From: Kofleriaceae bacterium
GTDB taxonomy: Bacteria; Myxococcota_A; Polyangia; Haliangiales; Haliangiaceae
Assembly: GCA_046597055.1 (NCBI GenBank)
Contig: JBKJLC010000218.1
Span: 1 to 50,322, forward strand
Length of the DNA: 50,322 nucleotides
Reading direction: 5' to 3'
A program made the position numbers and the translations under genes. The notes beneath the pieces were generated by a model. It was not told where the DNA came from and ran no database searches. It was given only the letters and a program-made list of their open reading frames with translations. Numbering within the stretch: the first letter of the stretch is position 1; each line of letters opens with the position of its first letter. Positions 38,881-50,322 of the stretch are shown here, one piece after another.

Positions 38881-41530
38881 CAGTCCCGCTCCAGGAGGGC
38901 GACCGGGAAGTCGCCGGTCAGGTCGGCCAGCGGCGCGGGGCCGGTGCGGCAGACCCCGGTGAGCACGTCGCGCCAGGTGCCGGCCGGCAGCACCAGCCGG
39001 GTGTCGGCCCAGTCGGACAGGTTGGCAGTCCACCGCGGCGCGACCGCGATCACGTCGTCGCCGCGCACGAACGCGAGCACGTGGTCCGCGCGCCCGCCCT
39101 CCGCCGCGAGCGGCTGGTAGCCGCCACCAAAGGCCTCGGGCCGGCGTCGACGCAGCGCCAGCGCCTCGCGGATCAGCCGCAGCTTGGCCCGGCCGTCGCC
39201 GAGGTCTTCGACGCCGGGACCCGGCGGCGGCGTCATCGCGACCGACGTGGCCGGGCCCGGGCCCAGCTCCGCCAGCATCGCGCGCCGGGCCGCGAAGTCG
39301 ACCGCGGCGCGGTTGTCGGGATCGACCAGGCGCAGGTTCCACAGCTCGGAGCCCTGGTAGAGGTCGGGCACGCCCGGCACCGTCAGCTTGAGCAGGGTCT
39401 GGCTCAGCCCGGTGCGCCAGCCGGCCGGCGCGATCGCGTCGACGAACGCGGCGATGTCGGCGCACAGGGCCTCGTCGGCCAGCACGCCGGTGCACAGCGC
39501 GCGCACCGCCTCCTCGTAGGCGGCGTCGACCCGGGTCCATGCGGTCACCCGCTTGGCCTCGCGGATCGACTTCTCCATGCACGCGGTCAGGCGCTCGGCG
39601 TCGAGTGGCCAGGCGCCGACGATCGTCTGCCACATGACGTACTCGGCGTGGCGGTCGGGCAGGGCGCCGCGCCGGTGGCGCTCGGCGCGGACGCTCCAGC
39701 TCTCGACCGCCTCGCTCCACGCGTCGGGCAGCTCGGCCAGCACCGTCAGCCGGGCCCGCACGTCCCCGCTGCGCTTGCTGTCGTGGGTCGAGGTCGCGAC
39801 CAGCGCGCGCGGCGAGCGGGCCGCCGCCGCCATGCAGGCGTGGAAGCCGGCGCGGTCGAGCGCGAACACCGCCGGGTCGGCGCCGACCTCGTTGCGCGCG
39901 AGCAGCCGGACCTGCCGGTAGAACACGGTGTCCTCGACCGCCTTGGCCATCACCGCGCCGGTGACCTGCTGGGTCGCGAGCGCGAGCTCGTCGGCCTCGG
40001 GCGTGCCGCCGCCCAGCGCCAGCGCGGCCCGCAGCCACGCGACCAGATCGCCATCGAGCTCGGGTCGGGCCTCGAGCGCGGCGTCGGCGGCCCGCGCGAC
40101 GCACGCCAGGTCGTCGGGGCGCGCGGCCTCGCCGGCGACGAAGTAGGTCCGGTAGACCGGATAGCCGGCGAGCACCTCGGTCAGCGCTTCGACCAGCTCG
40201 TCGTCGCCGACGTCGCGGAACCGGCGGTCACCGGCGAGCGCGATCATCGCCAGCCGGCTCAGGCGCCGCAGCTCGCCGTGGAACGCGCCGGCCAGGATCT
40301 CGCATCGCGCGCGCCGGACCTCGACCGCCGGCACGAACGCCTCGCCGGTGAAGCGCTCGGCCAGCGCGGTCAGCGGCGCCTCGCCGGTGGGGTCGACCAG
40401 GACCGCGCCGATCGCCTCGCCCAGCTCGTAGCCGGTGGTGCCGTCGATCGGCCAGGGCGGCAGCGGCTCGGCGGGGCTGCGAATCTTCTCGACCCCGATC
40501 CAGGCCGCCGGCGCCGCCGCCCGCAGGCGGGCCAGGTAGCCGGCGGGATCGCGCAGGCCGTCGACGTGATCGACCCGCAGGCCGGTGACCGAGCCATCGC
40601 CGACCAGCCCGAGGATGCGGGCGTGGACGTCGTCGAACACGTGGGGCAGCTCGACCCGCACGCCGATCAGCGACGCCACGTCGAAGAAGCGCCGGTAGCC
40701 CATCTCGGTGCGCTGGGTCCGCCAGAAGGCCAGCCGGTACGGCTGCCACTCGAGCAGCGTGTCGAGCGACGCGGGATCGCCGGCGATCTCGCGCAGCACC
40801 GCGTCGACCGTGGCCGCGACGTCATCATCGCCGAGCAGCCGGCCGGCCAGCGCGCGCAGGATCGCGCGATCGCGGTGGCGGCGCAGGGTGCTGGGGCGAT
40901 CGGTCGAGCTCGCCGCTGGCAGCATGGTGAGCGCGTCGGCCAGGAACGCCAGCTCGTCGCGGCCGAGCCGGCGCGCGGCCTCGGCCAGGACCCGGCCCAG
41001 CGAGCGCGGCGCCACCGGCAGGCGCAGGCCGTCGTGGACCACCACCGCGACGTCGGCGCCCGCGCGCTCGAGGTGCAGATCGCCCGACGCCAGTGCGCGG
41101 CCATAGCGAGTCGCGAGCACCGGCAGCCGGATGCGGTCGTCGCCCCCGCCGGTCCAGTCGACGTCGAAGTGGGCGGCGTACCGGCTCGAGGGGCCGTTCT
41201 CCAGCACGTCCCACCAGCGCGGGTTGCGCTCGTGCGCGGCCATGTGGTTGGGCACGATGTCGACGATCAGGCCGAGCCCGGCCGCGGCCAGCGCGCCGGT
41301 CAGCCGGCCCAGCCCGGCATCCCCGCCGAGCTCCTCGCGGACCCGGCCCGGATCGACCGCGTCGTAGCCATGGGTGCTGCCGGGCACCGCCTCCATGATC
41401 GGCGACACGTACAGGTGGCTGACGCCGAGCGCGGCGAGGTAGGGCACCAGCGCGGCGGCCGCATCGAAGCCGTGCTCGGCGGTGAGCTGGAGGCGATAGG
41501 TGGCGAGCAGGGGCGGAGCCGCTGGAGCGG

Positions 41531-41534
<4 letters not shown>
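38880..41534 (-). CDS. treY: Malto-oligosyltrehalose synthase
   Basis: ATYRLQL, GSTHGYD, DIVPNHM, YRRFFDV, GLRVDHVDGLRDP, STHDSKRS and PGVPDLYQG..LVDPDNR. Confidence 0.95.
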
Positions 41535-43743
<2,209 letters not shown>

Positions 43744-43747
<4 letters not shown>

Positions 43748-44793
43748 GAGACGGGACGGGCGGCCACGGTCGGCACCGCGCGGCGTGGCGTCGAACCCGA
43801 CGCGAGGACAGCTTCGATCCGCTCGGGGCGACCCCAGTCGCTCCAGCTCACGCCGTCGAGGGGCATCGTCAGCAGGCGCTCGGGCGCCAGCGCCAGCATG
43901 TCGCGCGACAGGTTGACCGACGGCAGCTCGCGGAACATCACGTTGACGGCCTCGGTCTCCTCGGGCTCGTCGATCAGCGGCACGAACGCATCGAACAGCT
44001 CCATCATCTCGGGCTGGGTGGCGCGGGCCAGCTCCCACAGCGCCGACGCGGTGGCGCAGGTGATCATCGTGTTCCACATGGCGCCGGCGCTACACAGGCG
44101 GCGGGCGGCAGCGAGGTCCGGCTTCTCGACGAAGCCCGCGACCTGGCGCAGCCCGGGCGCGCCGGCGACCGGGGCTCCGACCGTGATGTAGCCGTAGTCG
44201 GAGTCGGGCTCGTCGGGGGCAACCCCGAGCGTCACGACCCGATCGGAGAACTGGCGGGCGACGCGCAGCGCGTCGGCGACCACCTCGGCGAAGCGCCCTT
44301 CCGGAGCGATGTAGTGATCGGCCGGGAAGACCGCGACCAGCGCGTCGGGATCCCAGCGATGGACATAGGACAGCGGGAACATCAGGCCAGGGCCGGTATC
44401 GCGGTTGCTCGGCTGCCACATCACGTGGTCGCTGCGGCCTTCGAGCTGCGGGAGCGCGAACTGACGGTGGCGCCGCCCGACCACGGTCAGCGTGCGAGAG
44501 GGCGGCGCGAAGCGGCGCGCGCGGTCGACGGTGTGCTCGAGCATCGATCGGGTGCCGGTGAACGTACAGTACTGCTTGGGCACCGCGCGACCGAACCGCT
44601 GGCGCACGTAGTCGCGGAGCCGGGCCCCGTCGCCCCCCGCCATGACAATCGACCACGTATTGGGGTCGAGCGCGTCGGCGTCCGCAGCCGCAGCGAGATT
44701 GCCCAGGTCGATACCCGCAAGTGAGCCGTGTGGCCACGCCACCCCGGCGACGTTTGACAGCCGGTGAGGTCGCACACGAAACGAAGTCGGCAC
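43744..44793 (-). CDS. Sugar-phosphate nucleotidyltransferase (mannose-1-phosphate guanylyltransferase-like)
   Basis: MAGGDGARL, PKQY, NRDTGPG, FPADHYI, FVEKP and WSDWG. Start position uncertain. Confidence 0.85.
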
Positions 44794-45132
44794 GGCCGGT
44801 GGGCGGTGCGAGACCTGTACCAGACGCTAGATCCGGTGTCCTTGGTCAAAATAGCGAGATAGCGCGTCGAACAGCGTCGCCTTGTGTCGCGCGTGCACGG
44901 TGTGGCGGCGTTGCTCGGCCGCCCGCGTCCCGAGCCCCGGTCGGGAGCGTGATCGCAATCGAGCACGCGCTCGAGAATACGAGTTCTTGGGGCGAAGAGG
45001 GCGAGCCGGGCCGCCGCCGTCACGCGCGCCTCAAGACGGCGTGGTCGAGACGCGGAGCCGGTGCGCGGGAGGTGCGCATGCGCCCCGCTCGTCGTTTCTC
45101 CGGCGGAGGTGGCTGACGTACCATCGCGGACG

Positions 45133-46926
45133 ATGAAGGTCCTGGTGGTCAACGTCGGCTCGACCTCGGTCAAGTACGACCTCTACGAGATGGATATCGA
45201 GCAGAGCCTCGCCCGCGGCGTCATCGAGCGGGTCGGGACGGCCGAGGCCGCGCACGTCCGCGACGGCATCCGCACGCCGGTGGTCGCCGGGGACGCGCGC
45301 GCCGCGATGGCCGCGATCGTCGCCAGCCTGACCGAGGGCAGCGGTCCGCTGGCGCAGGGGGGCCTGGGCGCGGTCGGGCACCGGGTCGTCCACGGCGGCG
45401 AGCGCCTGATCCAGCCGGTGAAGGTCGACGCCAAGGTCGAGGCGGTGATCGAGGAGTGCGCGGCGTTCGCGCCGCTGCACAACCCGGTCAACCTCGCCGG
45501 CATCCGGGCGGCGCGCGAGGTGTTCGGCGACATCCCGCACGTCGCGGTGTTCGACACCGCGTTCCACGCGGCGATGCCCGAGACCGCGTTCGTCTACGGG
45601 CTGCCCTACGAGCACTACCTCGAGCGCGGCATCCGTCGCTACGGCTTCCACGGTCCCAGCCATCAGTACATGGCGCAGTGCGCGGCCGAGCAGCTGGGCA
45701 CGGCGCTCGACAAGCTGCGGCTGATCACCTGTCACCTCGGCGGCGGTTGCAGCGTCGCGGCGATCGACGGGGGCGTCTCGGTCGATACCTCGATGGGCCT
45801 GACCCCGCTCGAGGGCCTGCTGATGGGCACCCGCACGGGCGATCTCGATCCCGGGATCCCGATCGTGCTGGCCCGCCAGGGCCTGACCGTCGCGCAGCTC
45901 GACGAGCTGTTCAACCGCAAGTCGGGCCTGGCCGGGTTGTCAGGGGTGAGCGGCGACTTCCGCGACCTCATCGGCGCCGCCGAGCGCGGCGAGGCCCGGG
46001 CCCGCCTGGCGATCGACGTGTTCATCCACCGGCTGCGCAAGTACGTCGGCGCGTACGCGGCGCTGCTCGGCGGCCCCGACGCGATCGTGTTCAGCGGCGG
46101 CATCGGCGAGAACTCGGCGCTGGTACGCGAGCAGGTGTGCGCGCCGCTCGGCTTCATGGGCGTCGATCTCGATCGCGACCGCAACCTGGCGGCGCGCCCG
46201 GCCGACCACGGCGGCGTGGTCGACGTCGCCGACCGCCACGCCCGGACCCGGGTCCTGGTGGTGCGCACCGACGAGGAGCGCATGATCGCGCGCGAGGTGG
46301 TCCGCTGCCTGGTCGGCCCGTCGGCGGCGATGCGCAGCGTCCGCAGCAAGCCGATCCCGGTCGGGGTCTCGGTCCGCCACGTCCACCTGTCACGGCAGGA
46401 CACCGACGCGCTGTTCGGCCCCGGCCACGAGCTGAGCCGGCGCCGCGACGTGACCCAGCCCGGTCAGTACGTCACCCGCGAGACCGTCGACCTGATCGGC
46501 CCGCGCGGCGAGCTCACCGGCGTCGCGATCATCGCGCCGCTGCGCAAGGAGACCCAGGTCGAGCTGGCGCGCACCGACGCCCTCCGCATCGGCGTCGACC
46601 CGCCGCTGCGCGAGTCGGGCAAGCTCGACAACACCCCTGGCTTGCGCCTGCGCGGCCCGGCCGGCGAGGTCACGATCGCGCGCGGCGTGATCCTGGCCCA
46701 CCGCCACGTCCACATGCACCCCGACGACGCCCGCCGGTTCGGCGTCGGCGACCAGGACATGATCACGGTGCGGGTCGAGGGCGAGCGCGAGATGACGATG
46801 GGCGACGTGATCGTCCGGGTGAACCCCGAGTACACGCTCGATCTCCACCTCGACACCGACGAGGCCAACGCGGCCGGCCTCGGCAACGACAGCGTGGTCG
46901 CCTTTGGCGGCCTGCAGCGGCGCTGA
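45133..46926 (+). CDS. ackA: Acetate/propionate kinase fused to PduL-type phosphotransacylase
   Basis: AckA motifs NVGSTSVK, GHRVVHGG, APLHN, FDTAFH, YGFHG, DTSMGLTPLEG, GGIGEN and TDEE. PduL motifs VSVRHVHL, QPGQY, RHVHM and LHLDTDEANA. Confidence 0.93.
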   Translation: MKVLVVNVGSTSVKYDLYEMDIEQSLARGVIERVGTAEAAHVRDGIRTPVVAGDARAAMAAIVASLTEGSGPLAQGGLGAVGHRVVHGGERLIQPVKVDAKVEAVIEECAAFAPLHNPVNLAGIRAAREVFGDIPHVAVFDTAFHAAMPETAFVYGLPYEHYLERGIRRYGFHGPSHQYMAQCAAEQLGTALDKLRLITCHLGGGCSVAAIDGGVSVDTSMGLTPLEGLLMGTRTGDLDPGIPIVLARQGLTVAQLDELFNRKSGLAGLSGVSGDFRDLIGAAERGEARARLAIDVFIHRLRKYVGAYAALLGGPDAIVFSGGIGENSALVREQVCAPLGFMGVDLDRDRNLAARPADHGGVVDVADRHARTRVLVVRTDEERMIAREVVRCLVGPSAAMRSVRSKPIPVGVSVRHVHLSRQDTDALFGPGHELSRRRDVTQPGQYVTRETVDLIGPRGELTGVAIIAPLRKETQVELARTDALRIGVDPPLRESGKLDNTPGLRLRGPAGEVTIARGVILAHRHVHMHPDDARRFGVGDQDMITVRVEGEREMTMGDVIVRVNPEYTLDLHLDTDEANAAGLGNDSVVAFGGLQRR

Positions 46927-46971
46927 CCGCGCGAGGTCGAACGCGCCGGGTGCGCTGTGGGGTTGCCCCGG

Positions 46972-47250
46972 CTACGTCCGCAGCAGGATCAGCGCGGCCG
47001 CGACCGCAGCCAGGATCAGCGCGATCGCGCCGGTCCACGCGATGAGACCCAGCCAGGGCCGGCGCAGGCTGGTGCCACCCTCGGCGCAGGCCAGGCAGAT
47101 CGCGAAGGTGGTGGCGCCGCCGTCGGTGAGCACCGAGCAGTCGCCGCACACCGAGGCCTTGCACCGGGCGCACGGCCCGGCGGCCGCGCGGCTGCACAGC
47201 TTGCAGCGGACCACCGGGCCGTCGCCGCCCGCGTGCTGGAGCTGCCCCAT
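46972..47250 (-). CDS. Small Cys-rich (B-box-like zinc finger) membrane protein
   Basis: Four CxxC pairs followed by a TM helix. Starts 2 nt after the Rieske gene stop. Confidence 0.7.
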   Translation of the reverse strand: MGQLQHAGGDGPVVRCKLCSRAAAGPCARCKASVCGDCSVLTDGGATTFAICLACAEGGTSLRRPWLGLIAWTGAIALILAAVAAALILLRT

Positions 47251-47252
47251 CG

Positions 47253-48428
47253 TCAGGGCATCCCGGCGCCGGGGTCGGCGCGCAGCTCGCGCGACACCCG
47301 GTGGTGAAACCAGTGGGCGGCTTGCTCCTCACCGGGCGCGAACCGGCCGCGCGGCGCGAAGCCCGAGCGCAGCCCGGCCCGGACCTGGGCCAGCGCGTCG
47401 ACGTCCTCGGCGTCGACCTGGGCCGACAGCCAGCGGCGGTCGCGCTCGGCGTGCTTGGCCGCGTCGAGGACCCGGTGGTACCAGAGGAAGCGGGTCGCGT
47501 CGGGCCGGTCGGCGATCGGCTGGTACACGTTCACCGAGCGCCCCCACGGGTAGTAGTTGAGCGTCAGGTTGGGCCAGACGTACCACCACAGGGCGAACAC
47601 GCGGCGCCCGCCCGGATCGCGGAACCGGTCGGGCAGCTGGTCGGGGTCGAAGCCGTCGGCCGGGTCGCGCGCGTAGGCCCATTGCAGCGCCACGTCGGCG
47701 TGGAGCTCGGTCGTGTACGAGCCGAGGTCGATCGCGTCGGCCAGGCCGCCCGGTGCCCGGTGGATGAACCCGATGTGAAAGCGATCGAGGTAGTTCCAGA
47801 CGTGCTGCTTCCAGTTGCCGGCGACCTCGCGGACCTCGCCGGGTGTGGCGGTCCGGGTCAGGGTGTCCGGGAACCGGACGAGGGACGCGTCGACATCGGC
47901 GAGGGTGGCCGCGAGGGGCGGCCCGTCCGGCGCGAGCCGCAGGAACGTCAGGTCGCGCCAGGTCGCGACCGGCAACGCGCGCAGGTGGTCGCAGGCGCGC
48001 GGGAAGTCGGGCACGTCCTTGCCGAAGCCGGGCTGCGACACGAATCGACCGGCGCAGTCGAAGCGACGGCCGTGCTGGCCACACACCAGGGTCGGGCCGC
48101 GACTGGGGCCGGCCACCAGCGGGAACCAGGCGTGGGTGCACGTGTTGGGGAACCCGCGCAGTTGATCGTCATCCCAGCCTCGCTGCAGGAACAGCGGCCG
48201 GCCATGCAGGCCGATCGGGACCCGAGCGCCGCGGGCGGCGAGCTGGTCAAGCAGCGACCGGCTGACGTCGTCGCCCCGCTCGGTCGGCTCCGGCACGACC
48301 AGCCAGGCCCGGGCGAACAGGGTCTCGAGCTCGTGGGCCAGGATGCCGCGGTCGAGGAACGCCGCGGCCGGCAGGGTCTCGGCCGTGCGGATGTCGTCGG
48401 TGACGACGCAGTCGGAAAGATCGGCCAC
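47253..48428 (-). CDS. Rieske non-heme iron oxygenase alpha subunit (choline monooxygenase-like)
   Basis: CTH..CGQH Rieske ligands, NWK..NYLDRFHIGFIH and ED mononuclear-iron motifs, and E..HWFH. Confidence 0.88.
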   Translation of the reverse strand: MADLSDCVVTDDIRTAETLPAAAFLDRGILAHELETLFARAWLVVPEPTERGDDVSRSLLDQLAARGARVPIGLHGRPLFLQRGWDDDQLRGFPNTCTHAWFPLVAGPSRGPTLVCGQHGRRFDCAGRFVSQPGFGKDVPDFPRACDHLRALPVATWRDLTFLRLAPDGPPLAATLADVDASLVRFPDTLTRTATPGEVREVAGNWKQHVWNYLDRFHIGFIHRAPGGLADAIDLGSYTTELHADVALQWAYARDPADGFDPDQLPDRFRDPGGRRVFALWWYVWPNLTLNYYPWGRSVNVYQPIADRPDATRFLWYHRVLDAAKHAERDRRWLSAQVDAEDVDALAQVRAGLRSGFAPRGRFAPGEEQAAHWFHHRVSRELRADPGAGMP

Positions 48429-48505
48429 GGCGCGAGCATACCCGGGTCGGGATCCGCCGCGAGCGGCTGCAGCCCCGGCCTCGGCCCGGGACGGTTCGCG
48501 TGCGG

Positions 48506-49132
48506 TCAGCGGACGTGCCCCGCCGGGTCCGGGGCGTCATCCAGCGCGCGGAGCAGCGCCGCGGCCTCGGCGAGGATCCGGGGGTGATAGGCCTTCAGTT
48601 GCGCCATGGCTCGGGCGAGGGCCCCGGCCGACCAGTGCGCCCGCGCATCCGGAGGTGGAATCACATCGAGCTCGGAGTCGAAGCCGACCCAGATCACCGC
48701 CACGGCCGCGACGCCCTCGTGGTGTAGCCGCGCGAGCGCGCGGCAGGCGTCGACCGGATCGATCCGTCGGTCGAGCAAGCCGCGGGCGATCGAGCCTGCG
48801 CGTCGCCGCGCCAGCTCGCCAGGCTGTCGAGCTTCCAGCTCGCGACGGAGGATCGCCCTCGCCACCGACTCCGCGTGCGGCGTCCGGTAGTCGATGTCGA
48901 GGAGCTCGAGGTGGAGCGCCTCGGCATCGCCCCAGTCATCATTGCTGGTCTCGTACAACCAGTCGGCGAACTGGACGGCCCCGTGCTCCTGGTGTGCCAG
49001 GGCTCGGTCGCCGACGCCGCCCACGTCAAGACCCCCGTCGCCGCGGCGGTCGCCGCCTGGGGCGGGGGCGGCGTTCGGCCGCGCGTCGCCGAGCACGAAG
49101 TCGAAGCAGCGATGGAGGGTGGCGTCGTTCAT
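48506..49132 (-). CDS. Hypothetical helical protein (C-terminus reminiscent of DUF2489)
   Basis: Coding-like ORF with FADWLY..LELLDIDY and WVGFDSELDVIP..R.HW..AL. Confidence 0.55.
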   Translation of the reverse strand: MNDATLHRCFDFVLGDARPNAAPAPGGDRRGDGGLDVGGVGDRALAHQEHGAVQFADWLYETSNDDWGDAEALHLELLDIDYRTPHAESVARAILRRELEARQPGELARRRAGSIARGLLDRRIDPVDACRALARLHHEGVAAVAVIWVGFDSELDVIPPPDARAHWSAGALARAMAQLKAYHPRILAEAAALLRALDDAPDPAGHVR

Positions 49133-49271
49133 GGAGTGTGTCCGAGGCAAAGCGACGCTCGAGCTCGACCGCAGCGGCCGGCGCGAGCCACGCCGTACCG
49201 GCGTGCCGGGCACCTGCGCCGGCCGTGCGCGGACGCGCATCGCCCGCCACGCGTGTCGCGGCGTTGCCATG

Positions 49272-50018
49272 TCACCCGACGGGCCCGGGAACCTCACGCG
49301 GACCAATCGGACCGTGGCTTCTCCAGCCGGTGGTCAGCAGCCAGCTGGCCGCGGCGGCGACCGGCAGCGGCTGGTAGCCGGCCGGGATCGCGCACGGCAC
49401 GGCCACGCCGCGCCAGCCATCGAACCGGATCCCGCTCGAATACGGATCGACCTGGGCACGTCGCGGGGCAACGCCCGCGAGGTCTTCGCGGTGCCGCCGC
49501 CAGTTGTTCAGAACGTACGCCAGCGCGTGCCGCGCCTGGCGCGGCGACCGGATGATCTCGGCGTGGTAGCGGGTGACGAAGACCTGGCCCGTGCGTCGTG
49601 TCGCGAGCCTGCGATCGACGGAGACGGCGCGGTTGAGGTGGCGCGCTGCGGAGATCTGGAGTCCCTGCATCCCGCTGGCCAGCAGCTGCTCGCTCGCGGC
49701 CTCGACGATCAGGTGGATGTGATTGCGCTGGATGCTGACGTGGACGACGCGGATCGCCTTCTTGGCCAGGGCCGTCAGCAACGCGCGCCGGATGGCCTGG
49801 TAGGCGCGCCGGCGGCGCAGCCGCCCGACCTCGTTCGTGATCCGCAGGACCACGTGCACCGGCTCGCGGGCGGTGACGCGCGGTCGCCGGGTGACGCGTC
49901 GGTGCAGCCGCTTGCCGCAGGCCAGGAGGATCGGCTTGCGGCCGGCCCCGGCGCGGGCGCCGCCGCGCTTGCCGGGCCGGGCCCGATAGACGATGTCGAG
50001 CTGGCGTGTCGCGGCCAT
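49272..50018 (-). mobile_element. HUH (Y1) tyrosine transposase, REP-associated (RAYT)-like
   Basis: GGARAGAGRKP, PVHVVLR, HUH motif NHIHLIVEA, VF..RYH, catalytic ALAYVLNNW and DPYSS. No tnpB adjacent. Confidence 0.85.
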
Positions 50019-50123
50019 TGAAATTACCGATATCGTGAAAGGGGCCGGAAACAAGGGTTTCCTGGCCGAGGTGGGCACATGGGTGGGGCGCGGCCGCCGG
50101 CGGCCGGCGGCCGGCGGCGGCCG

Positions 50124-50322
50124 GGCTGTGGGCTTGACGCGCCTGTGGAGCGCGCGCCCTACGAGTCGCGTGTGGCTGCTGGGCGGCGAGCACGGGGCGC
50201 GACTCACCACAGGCGCTTGGAAAGCCGCGCCTCCGGGTCGTGGAGTCGCGCGGGTGGGGCGGTGGGCGCGCCTTTCCACAAGGCCCACAGCCGAGCCGAC
50301 CCCGGACCCTGATCTTGAAAAA
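50124..50322. repeat. Nested palindromic element upstream of the transposase, containing copy 2 of the 107-bp repeat (50216-50322, cut by the window edge)
   Basis: Stems 50124-50133/50283-50292, 50139-50148/50207-50216, 50163-50170/50198-50205 and 50218-50231/50265-50278. Confidence 0.88.

Noticed and set aside
49272..50018. IS200/IS605 element with TnpB/omega RNA
   Set aside because: No tnpB or iscB is adjacent within the window, and the protein length and motifs fit RAYT-like proteins better.

Overview
A very GC-rich (roughly three-quarters G+C by eye) bacterial chromosomal segment with about 32 genes. A myxobacterial source is likely (Cys-rich lipoproteins, Hanks-type Ser/Thr kinases, sigma54-like promoters), but this is inference. 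Contents in order: a ~2,900-aa cyclic beta-1,2-glucan synthase (Cgs/NdvB type); a response regulator and sensor-less histidine kinase split by a degraded kinase/ATPase mosaic; GH114, AI-2E transporter, Ig/beta-propeller lipoprotein and RNB nuclease; an FHA-FHA-[SEDS::PBP fusion]-membrane protein-Ser/Thr kinase cluster; a three-gene accessory unit (repeat-rich HExxH protein, lipoprotein, GT2); SNF2 helicase plus SWIM protein; a PolX-PHP homologue with all catalytic residues lost; a nucleotidyltransferase-glgX-treY-treZ operon; an acetate kinase::PduL fusion; a Rieske oxygenase; and a RAYT-like HUH transposase. Upstream of the transposase is a large nested palindromic element, 107 bp of which recurs exactly at 28275-28381 next to a 19-unit hexamer microsatellite. 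No rRNA, tRNA or CRISPR array was seen. All family calls rest on motifs read by eye, and no searches were run.
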